Notes under the pieces: model-generated | What the model was told of the DNA's origin: nothing | Seen by the model: only the letters and a program-made list of their open reading frames with translations | Databases searched by the model: none | Origin: Vitrella brassicaformis CCMP3155 | Lineage: Eukaryota; Protista; Chromerida | Length of the DNA stretch: 37,638 bases | Direction of reading: 5' to 3' | NCBI GenBank assembly: GCA_001179505.1 | Contig: CDMY01000640.1 | Location: 1-37,638, forward strand | Translations under genes and position numbers: made by a program | Shown here: one piece after another, positions 11,504 through 25,333 of the stretch | Position numbering within the stretch: position 1 is the stretch's first letter | Layout: every line of letters starts with the position of its first letter

Positions 11504-11534
11504 GTGCACGTGCACCGGACCCACGTGCACGTGC
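11504..11534. promoter_or_regulatory. Paired 12-bp palindromes GTGCACGTGCAC and CACGTGCACGTG upstream of the PIH1 gene
   Basis: Perfect palindromes at 11504-11515 and 11522-11533, 76-105 bp upstream of ATG 11428. A regulatory role is inferred. Confidence 0.4.
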
Positions 11535-11905
11535 TTGCTAGCAGCGCTGCATAGCTATTGATGGATGTCGCATCTTTGCTGGAAAATTGTGTGAGTCACT
11601 CACTGCATTCGTGGCAGACCATCCATGGCATGCGCGAGTGACTCGCATCGCATGGCCTCCATCCATCCTGTCGCCCCTACTAGAAGAACGTATGCACTCA
11701 CTGCACACCATCATACAACCAACCAACCGCTGTACACACACCGCACATGCACGCCACGCACACTCGTGGACGGACGGACGCGATCCGACGATAAACGCAC
11801 ACACGCACCGCACCGCTGATTGGTCGATTGGATAAAGCTACACACACGCGGCTGCACTGGACTGACCGCATCCCATCTCGTGCCGTGGATGGACTCTTGA
11901 TCGAT

Positions 11906-14900
11906 CTACTCGGCATGGTGCTGTGAGAGGAAGGCATGCACCTGCGCCACCAGCGACTGCTCGCCAGCGCGGGATGCCTCGTCCCTAAAACACACACACA
12001 CACACACACATACACACACACAGAGGGAGACAGCGTCAGTCAGCTTGTCCAGGCAGGTAAGTAAGGTACTCACTCACTCACTCACTGACCTGATGTGGAG
12101 TAGGTCTTGTAGGCTCCCCAGTCTGCAGGCCAGGTGGAAGGCCAGGCCCAGCTGCCCCAGCAGCACATACGCGTCCAGCCTGTGCCGGTCGTCCTGGATC
12201 AAATGCACCAACTGGGCTGCCAGCTGAACCTATGTATGACATACACACACACCACAAAGGAAAGAAGCACACACAGACAGAGACTATCGAATTGGCGGTC
12301 CCTCCCTCAGACACTCCCCGACTGACTGACCGACCTGTGTGGGGTCCTTGTGTCTGTGTTCGACGACCCATATGTTGATGATATTGACCACCAGGGCGTC
12401 CCACTCGAAGGCAGGCAGCCGGTTCGACACCGCACTGAGGAACACCTTCACCTGGTCCAGGCTCTTGGCCTCGGCGGCGATGATGTTTGACGCCTTGACG
12501 TACAGCTCTCCTTTTGGCAAGCCGAAGAAGTCCATTACTCGGTTGGCCAGCTCGTACTGGGAGGGCGACTGGGGCAGGGTGGGCATGTCTGTGGTGGTGG
12601 TGGTGGTGGCTGCTGGTGGTGTGTGTGGGGCGAGTGTGGAAGCTCCTCTGCTGCCCGTGCTGCCGCTGGATGTCGTCATCAGCTTGTCGCACACCTGTGG
12701 CGTCATCGATCCGGAGACAGACACAAAGGGAGCAGCTATTTCCACGCACATGCGTCTCTCTCCACTCAGTGGGTGGCTTGGCTGACCTCTGCCTGTACAC
12801 TTCTCGGCCCGAAGAGGTTGATGCGCGGCGGAAGGTTGGGCAGCGTCTCGCACACCTCCATCTGAAGCTTCAGTGTACGCAAGCCCCTGACACCACCACA
12901 CACAGACACAACACACATACAGACAGACAATCGACCATTGATTGCTTCGCAGGCGAAATGCGGCATGATCACTCACCTGAGCACGTCGTTCTCGGTGAGC
13001 TGTTGGATGGGGATGTCGGATGTGGCGTTGAAGTTGATGCCGTGGCCGTCGGGGCTGCTGGCGCGTGGCGGCGCTGACGGCGCGCCCTCGACGCCCACAC
13101 TCACACCTGCACCAGGGGGGCCGCCCAGCGGACGGGACCTGTGTGTGACATATATACAAAGACACCAATTGGGTGGATGGATGTCAACACGTGGGTGTTA
13201 ATGCGTTCGCTATTGCATCCCTACGCTCGTTCATAGCTCCTCCTGATGAGCTGCAGTGCGGCGCTGAGATGCGAGAACGCATTATGGAGGTGGCCGAAAC
13301 GAGCATCCCTGACACACACACACACACACGAACACATATATGATCAAATGGACCATCCGGACTGGCCTTCTCAAGATTCCTCTCACCAGCATGTGGATGT
13401 CATGAAGAGCTGCACCGCCACGATGGCCGCGTTGACATAGTCCCTCGTGAACACCTGGTACCCATACAGCAGCTCCAATGCCTCCCTCTGCCGCAGATAC
13501 CCCTTCAGCGCTCGCATCGTCCTCTCCAGCTTGGCCATCATCGGATTCACAGCCTGACCATACGCATGAGAGGGCGGGGGAGCGGCCGACGCCAGCTCAC
13601 CAGAGGGAATGGGGGGCGCTTGTGAGAGGGGGCCTGGTTGATGCATGGTGCTGGTGGTGGTGGTGGTGGCGGTGGCCTGGCCTTCTGGCAGCACGATGGC
13701 TCTCGAGGGGCCTGTGGGTGGTGGGCGTGCGAGCAGGTTGGAAATGACGGTCTGAACCTCCAGCATGCGGTTGTGGGCCAGCGCATAGTGGGCCACTACG
13801 TCGATGAACAGCTCGTCGGGCAGGTCCTGCAGGAAGACCATCTGGATGGCACGGTCCAGCTGCCCCTCTCGGATGAGCAGGTCCAGCAGCGACGCAGCGT
13901 CGCCATACTTCTTGTGGTACTCCAATGCCTCAGTCAGCAGCCGGGGCGAGAGGCGGCACCGGACCAGCCGCGGCACACGGTTGCTGGGCACCACTGCGAA
14001 CGGCATCGCCCTGTCCTTGGATGGAGCCATGGTCTGTTTCCCTCCCCCTCCCCCGCCCCCTCCTCTCATGACTCCGACGGCCACATAGCTGACGTCTCGT
14101 GTCAGTTTGGGGTAGGTGATGAGCTCCTCGCGGTGGGTCTGCCCATCGCGGTCGACGTACATGTACACCCATCCCAGAGGGGCGGCGGGGGACGGACCCA
14201 TCATTCCCATCGTCAGGTCTCTCTCAGGGACAGCCGATGCCTTCACGGGACTGCTGGGGCTGGCGGCCTTGCCGCTCTCGCCTTCGTCGTCGGCCGTCAT
14301 GGGCTTGGCGGCCGGTGAAAGTGTGGTGGGCCTCTCGATCGGCACGACGCCGAGAGCTCTTGTCCGTCTGGTGGGCGAGCCTGGCGTGGCTGTCGTCGCC
14401 TGGATGGTGAGGTTGTCTGAGGATGCTGATGGGGTAAGGCTCTTCTCGAGGGTGGGGGTCCGGGTGCCGATTGGTGTCTTGGCGAGCGCCTCAGACGGCT
14501 GAGATGACGAATCCGCAACAGCAGCTGAATGAACAAAACAGAACCACGTGTGTGTCTCATGTTGATCGGTCGCATGAGCGGTGTGTCCAGCCGCACCTTG
14601 TGTCGATTCCGCCGCTGATGGTGTCTTAGTTTCCTCCTCGCCAGCCTGTGACGGCGCCACCTCCTCGCCCTCCCCCTCCACCTGCTCAGCCATCTGCCGG
14701 TTCAGCAGCGACCGGAGCCTGGGCGGGAAACTGGGCAGCTTGCTGGGGTGCACTGACGGATAGAGGTAGATGATCGTCCGCGGCAGCGACCGTGAAGCCG
14801 CGATGGGCAAAGCCCTGTCCCGCAGATCACGCCTCACGTCGACTCGGTCCAGTGTGTCCACCTCGACCTCCACCCCTTCCTCCTCCCCTGCATGCTCACG

Positions 14901-17900
14901 CTCATCATCCCCTGTGGTCCATTCCCCTTGCCCCTCCTGTGGTGGCCGGCGAGCGAATGGGTGTGGGCATGATGGGTGTGACGGGCGCCTGGGGTACAGC
15001 TGCAGGGGCAGTGGGGCCAGCAGTGGGGTGCGGCCAAAGAGCTTGTGGTGGAGGGTGTTGAAGGTGAGGAGGCGGTGCAGCTGCCGCAGCGACCTGAGGT
15101 CGTAGATGGGTGGGTGCCGGATGGCCCACTCGAGAGACGTCAGCACATCACACTCGGAAGGCCCTCCCTTTCGCCCAAGACGCCCTGACACGCTGCCAGA
15201 CCCCATGGATGCGACCGAGGCGGCTGGGGGTGAACTGGGGCCTGGCGACATCAGCCCTCCACCCTCCCCATCGGTCGTCTCGTCGCCCGCAGTGCCCTCG
15301 GTGGTGGGGGGATGCCGTTGGCTGGCTGGGGATAGCACCGTGCCTTCAAGCTCCCTCTTGGCGTCATCGGACCGCTGCAGCATCAGCAGCCCTACCGCCT
15401 TGGCCTGCCGCACCGGGTCCTCGGACACGACATGGCGGCCTCCACTTGAGGCCCATTCGCCACCCTGTCTGCCCTTGTCCGCGACCTTGCCACGTCCACC
15501 CTGCGCCCCCGCACCACCCCCATTATTGTCATCGTCTCGGTCCTTGCCCCTGCACCGCTGGCACAGCTCGAGGGAGAGTGCCAGGTGGTCCTCGCGGATG
15601 AGCTGGTCGCGGACGAGTGACGCCTGCCGGGGGTCGGCCAGCTGCGCGAGGCCCACTCGCCGCCCGGCCCGCTGCCACAGGCGTGGGATGAAGTCGAGCA
15701 CTCGAAGAGACCGGTCCATCTTGTAGGCCATACCCGACACAACCACGAACTTGTGCCTGTGATTATATAAGAGGGAGACGACAAGCAAGGGATGGATGCT
15801 TCTCGTATATATAAGACATTTGCTGCCTCTCTGTGTTGTGTGTTGTTATTGACCTACCTGAGGAAGTTGAGCAGCCTCCGTATCATGTAAAGCACCACAG
15901 CCACTGACGTAGACGGCGACACCGGGGCACCTGCCGTCTCTTCCTCCCTCTCACGACCACCATGACAACTGCCAGCCCCCACCGCCATCGACACGCCGCC
16001 AGGGGTGCCGATCTTTCGCCCCCCACCACCGCACATGTCCAGATATCGCCCATACAGCGACCGCCCCCCCGCCGACGTATTCACCGTCGTGTGGCAATGC
16101 AGCGGCGACGCAGACGCAGGCTGAGGGGGGTGACTTGGTGACGGTGATGCCACGCCCGGGTGCACAGGGTGTCGCGGCACCAGTCGATGGACACACAGCG
16201 ACAGCTCGTCGCAGATCTGGAAGCAGCTGTCGGCGTTCTGCGACCTCTCCGATGAGCAGAGGTCGAGGATGCTCTCTGCCAGGGCGGCCGAGGGGGCGTC
16301 CTCGAAGACATGAATGCGACGCAGGTGGGCATCGGATGCGCCGTCGCCCGTCAGGCACCACTGCCCGCCGAGGCCTCCTTCACCTTCATCCGAACCACCA
16401 TGATGCACAGACGCGGGACTGCTTGCGGCAGCCGCGGCGGGTGACACAACCGTGTCATCGTCGTCATGCGTCGGCGTGTCGGCTGTGTGTGGCTCTGGTG
16501 GGAGTCCGAGCGCCTTGCGGCCGTATCTGAGTATGAGGCTGTCCTGACGGAACTCGGGGAAATCCTCGAGGAAGGGACGCAGCAGATCCACACTGATGGA
16601 GCAGAGAGAGACCGACACACAGAGACAGCACGACAGATGAGTACATATGTCAGGGAGGGTGGCTGTGGGTGTGTTGGGTACCGTGCGTTCATGAGCAGGG
16701 ACTCGACGATGAGCAGGGGTCTGTCGAGTAGACTGAGGAAGTGGGGCCGCACCGTATCCGACACCTTGCCCAGCAGCTGCATCGACGCGTTCAGCACCTG
16801 CAGCTGACGAACCTGATTCACACACAGTAGGTTGCAACGGTGACACCCACACCCATTCCTTGTCTGTCCAGCAGTCACTCCTTCCCTTCACCTGTTCCTT
16901 GGTGAGCCATGCATTGAGTTTGGACAGCAGCAGCCGGCAGAGGAGGATCCGGTGCTGAATACGGTCTAGGGAATGCAGCATCTGGAACACGAACGACACG
17001 GCCAGCTGGGGCGAAAACGACAGGAGACGCTTCACCTGCATGAGCCCACAAGCAGCCAGCCAGCCACAGCCGTCAGTGACAAAAGAGAGAGGGAGATGAG
17101 AGGTACTTACTGCACTGCACTTACGGCGGCTGTTTTGTCGTTGAGTGTGGTGAATAGGTGCAGGAGATACGACAGCTCCAACGAGGGAATCGGATCAGTC
17201 AAACGATACATCTGCACACACAATACACACACAATACCAACCCAAATCTCGCTCAGCTTAGTGCGTTGTCACGTTCACGCCGATACGTACCTTGGTGAGT
17301 GCCCTGGCGAGGTCGTGTTGTTTGAGGTCCACCAACGTGTTGATGACCTCACCTATGCCACGCGCATCACCCACCAGCCCACCCAGGGGCGACGACGACG
17401 ACACGGACACTGCTGTGGTGGGCGTCACAGGCACCTCACCAGTGGCAGACCCTCTCTCGTCAGCCCCACAGCCGCCCCCGCACTCCCTCTCTATCTCTTG
17501 CCACACGCGCCACCGCCCCCCGGGCACGTCGAGGATCTTCTTGAAGGTCACCATCTTCTTCAGGATCTGCCGCACTTGCTTGCGGAGACTCTTGCCGGCC
17601 ACAGGCGCTGACGGCCCTCCGTCGTCGGGCGACACGGGCGACACAGATGACGGGTGGTCCTCTGCTGGTGAGGGGGACAGCTGCTGTGCGTCGGGGGAAG
17701 TGTCGGATTTGCCTGTGGTCGTGGCGGTGCGGTCGTCAGCATCGAGGCTTTGGAGGCACATGGTGAGGGTCTGGATGGCCGTGTCGGCATCCCACTCACG
17801 ATACCTGACCAAACCAAAGGCAGACCAAAAGCCGTGCATACATGCCTCTTGAGTGCTCTCGAGTCGAGACATTCATTTTCTCACTTGGTGAGAGCCAGTC

Positions 17901-20900
17901 TGGCGGCGAGCGTCTTGTCCTTGAGGCGGTACAACGACTCGAACACGCGAAGGTCGTCCTCCATGGACCCCACTCCACCACCAGCGCAACCGTTGCCCGG
18001 CGCCTCCTGCTGCACCAGCATCGAGTGGAGGGTGCGGTCGCTCAGCGGGCTGTGCAGCGGCAGGTGCTCGTCGATGATGCGCAGGGCGTGCTGGTACTGC
18101 GGCGGGGTCTGGCTGAGGAGGCTCAGCACCCTCTCGGTGTAGCAGGACACCAGGGAGGCCTCGGCGTCGTCAGCCACCGCACGCAGGGCCGCCTGAAGGC
18201 ATACACCACACACGCACAGATGCTGTCTGTACACTCATCCTTCGTGTGTGCAAGTGTGTTACCCTACCCGCTGTGGTTGTGCGAGGGTCTGCAGCTCCGC
18301 CACGCTGAACGAGAGGGAATCAGAGGAATCATCAGCAGTTTCGTCCTGCGTTGCTCGCGCCGTCTCACAGATGGCCCGCCATGCTTCGTTGCGCTCCTCG
18401 ATCCACCTGCCAGACAGACAGCCCCACATAGCAGGCAGCGACAGACAGACAGAAGATCCTCTTCCTGTTCCCCCTCGGCAAGTCCTGGTCAGCTGACCGA
18501 TAGATGCATGGGAAGACTTTGCTCTGCTCCTGTGCGAAAGTCAGGAAATCCCTCGACGGCCACCGATGGTTCCACCTCTCCAGACAGGCGATGGTGGCCA
18601 GGAGTGGGGCCGAGGGCACCTTGACGTCGGGCAGCGGCCCCTCCAACTCACCCAGGTACAGCACCAGCTCCATCGACAATGGGTACCGCGACGCATCGCC
18701 GCCACCACTGTCGGCGTCTGACGCGCTGCCCTCGTCGCTGGCCGATCCATGGGCGGCACTGTCGGTGTCGGCGGGCGATGTGGGCAACAGCTGCTGCTGC
18801 TGGTGGGAGGGTGTGGGTGTCTGGTAGAGCAGCGAGAGGGGCAGGGAAGACTTGAGGATAACCTCCACCAGATCGACGCCCATGACGTCCGCCAGCTGCA
18901 GGGCCTCGCGGTGACCGTGAAGCTCGAACAGCACACGAGCCACGGTGGCCTGCAGACACCAACAAAGGGAATGGAGTGTGCTCGATGCGATGTGATGCGA
19001 TGCTGGCATTCTTTCGCTTGGTGTGTGCTGTGTTCTGTTGGCACCTTACCTTAGGTGTTTTGGCGAGTACAGAGAAGTAGTCGAGCCACTCTTCGCTCTG
19101 CATGGCCGACCCCAGGACACTCAACGTGCCCCCACTGACACCAACACCACCATCCCTACTAGAGCTGGCCGCAGCTGACGCAGCGCCAGCTGCTGCCCCA
19201 CCGCCCTCACCCTCCATCTCCCCTTTAGCCTCATTCGCCTCCTCGGTCGCAGTTGCGGCATCGCCCGACTTTCCGCGGGCCATGCTGGCCTGGGATGCAG
19301 ACCTCAGCCACTCGGCCACCTTGGTGAGGTACTCGAGGAAGCCCAGGAGATACCTCGGGCCGCTCTCGCCCCTCCTCTCCTGGTCGAAGGCATTGTCCGC
19401 CTGCTGGGAGATCTCCACTGCGTCACCCCCACCCGGCTGACCACCCCCATCCGGGGACTCATCTGGTCGCTCGCTGGCGAGTGTTTTGATGGCGGATGAG
19501 AGGAAGTCCATGAGCGACCGGTGGGAGGCCGACGTGTGGCCCTTCTTGAGGAGATCAACCGACTCCACCAGCGACAGCAGTGCGTTGCGCTGGGACTGCA
19601 CCCGGCTGAGGTGAGTCCGCAGGAGGGCCGGCTCGGTAGGGAGGGTCTCGACGTCGAGCATGAGGGCGGCCAGGCCGCTCGTGGTGGCCGTCTCTGCCTT
19701 GCTGCCGGATGTGTGGTCGAATCGCCCCTTGGCCTCGAGCAAGACCGACAATCTGTCGATGAGGTTGGTGAAGAAGGCATAGAGGCCGTCGGGGAGGGGG
19801 GCTGTGGTCGGTGTGGGAGAGGGGGATGACTGCTGGCTGCGACTGCGGTGGGCGGAGAGGTAGGCCGAGGCGCACTTGAGCAGCGTCATCGACAAATCTG
19901 ACACACAGACAGACAGACAGACACACAGACAGACACACAGACAGACAGACAGGCCCGCGTAACAATGAATAGCAGGACACGGGTAGGTATCGTGTGTTCG
20001 GCTCAGTGCAGTGACCTGACCTGCGTTGGCTGCGGCCGACACGGCCAGGTCGACACAGGCGTAGAATGCGAGGAGGCTCGCATTCCCGCTCAACACCATA
20101 TCATCGAGGCCGTCTCGCTCGCACACTCCCAGTATCTCATCGATGCCCCTCTTCACACCACCAAAGTCCAAGTCACCACCGCTGCCGCCGTCGCCCTCGT
20201 CTCGAACAGCAGCTGTCTTGAGTGCGGCCACGCGGCCCCTCAAAGCGGCAAATCGCTCGGCGATCGTCACTGTGGATCGGCACACGGCGGGGAGGCCGAA
20301 GTAATCGACCAGCTGCATGCTCAGCACGTAATCGTTGATCTTGAGGGCCCGGTTGAGCAGCACCGATGGCTCGGCGAGCATCCTGGGAATGAAGCTCGAC
20401 GGCGCCAGCGATATGGGCACCTCAGGCGGCGTGCAGAACCGCATGAATGGGTGGGGGGGCTGGGACTGCATGCCGCCACGAACCACCACACGCTCGCGGC
20501 CAGACGGGCGCTGCGCAGACTCATCGCTTCCCTCCGACGCCCCGTCGTGCGCCTTGGCTCCCGTGGTGACACCGTGCCACCTGGCCTCCATGTGGGTCTC
20601 GAAGAGCACGGCGCCCACCCTCGGTGCCCACTGTCTCCACTCGCCGCTGCCCAGACCCATCCATGACATCTCGTCCAATACACCTACAGCGCCCTCGATC
20701 AACGAGGAATCGGGCGGGCGCGGCGAGGTGGGTGTCAAGGGCGATGGCGCCGCCAAGTGGTCTGTGGCTCTGGGTGCTTCGATGCCTGCGTGTGGTTGGG
20801 GCGGCGATGTTGGCCCTTTGCCGCTCCCGCCGCTGCCCTGTGAGCCAGCTGCCGATGTGATACTGTCGGCACTGATGAGGCTGAGGTCGCCATGGGAGGG

Positions 20901-23900
20901 GTGGGCGAGAGCGGAGAAGGCGAAGTAGTCCTTGAGACAGATGAAGGCACGCCACAAGGCCTCCTGTGAGCGGCACACACAGACCGACAGACAAAGCACA
21001 TTTATTGTCGGATGTATGTGGTTTGATGGATCTTCTTCCCCTTGATTGGTTTGCTCACTTGAATGAACACACGCAGCTGTGTCATGATGCGCTGCAGCCG
21101 CCCCGGACCGTCTCCCCCACGGCCGCCACTCCTCTGCTCAGCCGACACCAACTGCAGCACGTGCACCCTGATACAGCCATGACACACGCACCCTCAGAAA
21201 AGAAGATGAGATGGAACGGACAATAGTCAGACAGGCCGTCCAGCTCACCTGACGAGCGTCATGATCGAGATCACCACGTTGGGCGGCACCAGAAAGTCGC
21301 GAGCTCCAGTCGGCCCTGCTGCCCCCGATCCTCTCATGTGTCGTTTGCGGGCCACGCACAGGGAGCACAGATGCAGCAGGAGCGAGAGCTTGAACGGCGT
21401 GCGATTCAGCGACGATAGCAGCCGGTGCAGTTCGCCCAGCGACTCCTCTATCACAACTCTAGACGGGCTGGCGGACATGCACCTCTCCACCAGCGCGATG
21501 GCACACCGCAGCGCATAGTAGGTCTTGGCGAGGTCGAGGTCATACGAGTGCTCCAGCCTGGCCCGCGGCTGCCTTAGCGGGGGCAGGTTGTCCAGCGCAG
21601 AGATGAGCCGTGACGAACTGACGGCGGGGAGCAGCGTCTGCATCACAGCGAGGATGGACTGAGCCGTCACCTGCTGCAAGACGTCAGCAGCAATGCCGGG
21701 CAGCGACGAGGCCGTCGTGATGCGGAAGGGGTCTCCTCCCTTGTCCGATGGCGTCTCCCCCGCTCCCGCCCCTGCTGCCGACACGCCTCTCTGCTGTGAC
21801 ACCAGCCGGGATATCCACCAAGTGGCGGCGACTTGGTAGTCGAGCACCTCCACGTGATGGTCCACCAGCAGGTCCCCCGTCTTGAGTGGCGCCTCTGTCG
21901 TGTCGGCGCAGTAGGACTTCCACAGCACGTCCAGCAAAGTCTGTCGGGCGGCGACGTCGCCGTGGAACTCGGGCCAGCATAGCAGGATGACGAGGGGCTT
22001 GAGCTGCGGGAAGGGCGCCAGCAGACAGGCGCTGGCCTGGAAGTGACGCTTCTTGATGAACCGCACTGCCGTCGTCACCGCATACCTCCAGCGACACAGA
22101 CACAGACACAGACATACACACAGACACAGAGTGAAGCAACCAACCATGTGTCTGTGTCTGCATCGATGGCGGGGCGGGCCGGATGGCTTGGCTTACTCAA
22201 GGCAGTGTTGGTGTGCCACCCTGGTGAACTCGAAGTACGCGTCCCAGAAGGGGCAGGACGGCTCCTCAAACGATATCGACCCCGAACCAGGAATGTACAC
22301 GTGCAAACCGCCACCAACACCAACACCAACACCCGCACTGCCTCCTGCAGTGGGCCCTCCCGTGCCGCTCGTGACGCTCGCTCGTGTGCTGGTGGGCGTC
22401 GTGGTGTGCGAAGGGGGGCCATGCGGGAGAGGCGCATGGGATCCCTCACTGGTGGGAGATGCCGCTGATGCCTTGGAGCGGCCGTCACTCGCTGCCCCAT
22501 GTTGTTGTTGGTGAGGGCGTAACGGCACGGCAGCACCAGCAGTGGGTGTGGCCCGATTGAGGAGTTCGAATGCGGGTGGCAGTGGTGACTGCGCTGCCTG
22601 CAGCTTGAGAAACTCATCCTCGAGGACACAGTAGAGCCGCAGACCGGTGTAGTTGTGCAGCGGGTCCTCATGCGCAAACAGCGCCTCATAGACACGCGTG
22701 CGATAGCTGAAGCTCCGATCCGACGGCACCCACCTGGCCGTGCCTTCTTCATCGGACGACACACTGGTGGCATCGCCACCAGCATTGGCCCCATCCAGCT
22801 CCATCTCGGCCGCCTCGGTCGCCGCGTCCGTGTCTGCATCGCTGACGGCCCCGTCGCGGCCGCCCCGTTTGGGCCGCATGACCATCATGCGGTGGAAGAA
22901 CTTGGAGAACAGACGGGAGGCGGTGCGGGGGAGGGAGATGGTGCCGGGGTGGGGGTGGTGGGCCAGGGGCAGAGGGGAGGACTCGAAGGGGTCGGGCGCC
23001 TCGAGGGCGTTGTGCTCGTGCAGAGGGGGGTGGGGGTGGTGAGGGTGGGGATGACCCCCCATTGCCACCTTGGCATCCATCCAACCACTGTACGTACAGA
23101 CAGACAGTCCGACACACACAGGAGGAATGGAATCATTCAGGCATCGCATGACATGGATGCGATGCGTCTGGGTTTCTCCTTCCGTGCTCACCCACCCTGT
23201 CCGCGTGGAAATGGGAGACCTCGACGTGTGGAATATATTCGAGATGAGCGCACACGCCGCACTGGTGTCCATACCGCCATAAGCGCCAGGGGCGACCATC
23301 CCGAGCCTCTCCTCGTCCCAACCACTGGCATCATACGGCCCCTGATAGCTACTCTGCAGGGGCGGAGTGCCTCTCACCAGCACTGGCGACGGCATCGGGG
23401 CGGCCGGCGACGCCGGATAAGGAGGGCTGGACAAGGGGGCTGATAGAGGCAGCGCCACCAACGATGCCAGTCTGCTGCGCAAGGCTGGCGCCGAGCTGAC
23501 CCCACACAGAGTGGAGGGGTCGCTGTGAGCCACCACCAGGATGGAGAACAGCTCATACACCGGCGCCCAGCCGCCCGCCTTGCTAGTGCCGTTATCAGCC
23601 GGGGGGTAGGACAGGGTGGGTCTCTCCACTTGCCGTGCCGTGCTGCTGAGCGATGAGGGCGGGATCAAGTTGGTCACTGGCGGTGGGGGAGGCGGGGTGT
23701 GTGTGGGCCCACCATTCTGGGGCACCAAATGGAGAGCAGCACTAGAGATGTCCAGGAAGCGCAAGTATGCCCAGGCGTCGTCCCGAGTCAGCGCGTGATG
23801 CAGCAACGAGTCAGCCGTCAATCCCATGTACATGAGTTGCACTCGTCCAGCCATCAACAGGGCAGGGGCGCTCCTCCCAAGGCCGAATGGGAAGCCACTT

Positions 23901-25063
23901 GTTGCGTCGCCGGGCGCCGATAGCCCTGTCCGCTCAGGTACTGCGCGCATACTTGCGGGGGGATATGGGGGAGGTCGCGGACGGGGTGGTGGGGGCGGGG
24001 GCTGGCGGCGACCAGAGTCGATCGAGCTGTCATCAGTAGACTTGAGAACACTTGTTCGCGACGGGGGCAGCTCAAAGGCTGCCCCAGACGTCAGATGCTG
24101 AAGCGAGGGCCCGGCCGTCCCATCTCCATCTCTGGGCGAGACCCGCACTGGCGGTGGCATCGATGGCTCGTCCCTTCCCGCATCCACACCACCGTCACCC
24201 TCAGCAGCAATCTCCTCTCCCACAGCCGCCGATGGCGACACAGTCTTGCCCCGCCGTTGCTCAGAGGCTGCAGGTGGAGAGGGGGGGACCACCTCACAAA
24301 ACGATGACGGCGCCATAGCGCTGCAGAGAGCATGGCCGAGGTGCGGTTGTGTCTTGAGGAGCGAGTAGAGCTGCTGGATAGCGCTCTTAGACAGCAACAC
24401 CTCTCCGTTTCTGAATCGCCTCGCCTGCTTGGTGCGCTCCAACGTCTGCAGAGGGAAGCGGGAGATGGTGGGCGGCAGCAGGGCCGGCAGCGGCAAGAGC
24501 GACACCGCGGGCAGCGTGACGACGCGCGGCATGGCCAGAGGGTCCCCTTCAGCCACTGTCCCCACAGCCAGGTCCCGCTCCGCTTGGAAGCACAGCAGCG
24601 ACGCGTGATACGCCCGCAGCTCACACACCACCTCAGCCGTCACCACCTGCGCCTGAATGGCCGCAGCATCCAGCACCGTCTGCGCCAGCAGCACGTCGAA
24701 CTGCACGCGGTCGTGTAGCCAGCCGGGCACCTTGGCCTTGCTGCCACCGGCTCTTTCTCGTCTGGCCGAGGTCTTCCTCTGACGCTGCTCCACGAGGCTG
24801 CTGAACTCGATCAGACACAGCCATGATAGATGGGCCGATGAGGGCACCGACACCGAGCTGAGCCAATTGGGCGGAGGGCCGTGCCACACAATGCTCTTCA
24901 GCACCGTCAGTGCCTTGCTGAGATCCCGCGCGGCCACCTGGTGCAGGAGGGCACGTGCGAGTTCGAATTGGCCAACCGACAGATAGTTGCATAGCACAGT
25001 GAAGAGGCGGCTGTCGTCATGCTCGAGCAGGAACCTGCACCGGCTGCCCTCGAAGCCGCTCAT
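11906..25063 (-). CDS. ZFYVE26: Spastizin / ZFYVE26 (SPG15) homologue, about 21 introns, estimated 3,700-3,800 aa
   Basis: Exons join in frame throughout. Blocks I recognise from the family: N-terminal LFTVLCNYLSVGQFELARALL..PSSAHLSWL; LAPFPQLKPLVILLCW; EWDADTAIQTLTMC; LLIVESLLM; WCLTGDGASDAHLRRIHVFEDAPSAALAESILDLC; RDQLIREDHLALSL; YQVFTRDYVNAAIVAVQLFM; EWDALVVNIINIW..LDAYVLLGQLGLAFHLA. The first in-frame ATG is at 25063 and TAG is at 11906-11908. Confidence 0.85.
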
Positions 25064-25333
25064 CAGATCAAGCGAGGCACGATGGTGCCTCAACGACGCC
25101 GTTGACTCATTTGAAATGAGTGCTTCTACAGATGCTCGTGTGCACGGAAGCCTTCCTCGCTCCGCGTGCCATTTGTTCGTCGTTTTCCCAACAAAGCGAT
25201 CAAACGCAGATCTGCGAGCTTAGTGGCTCACGACTGGGAATGGACGCGGCAGAGTGGACAATAAGCGCAACGCATAGGTTCATTTGTGGGGCATTCAGTG
25301 TAGGGAAGAGGTGATCTGTGCTCTAACAGATCA
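25064..25333. promoter_or_regulatory. 270-bp head-to-head intergenic region (ZFYVE26 / YchF), putative bidirectional promoter
   Basis: Divergent ATGs at 25063(-) and 25334(+). One GTGCAC at 25140-25145. Confidence 0.45.

Noticed and set aside
10697-23443. Many long antisense or alternate-frame ORFs (e.g. 10697..11371 +, 19965..20666 +, 22655..23443 +)
   Set aside because: These are shadow ORFs of GC-rich coding sequence on the opposite strand, with no family motifs.
25078-25093. RHHR at the start of the 966-aa ORF as a possible FYVE core
   Set aside because: It lies upstream of the first ATG and lacks the CR and surrounding cysteines.
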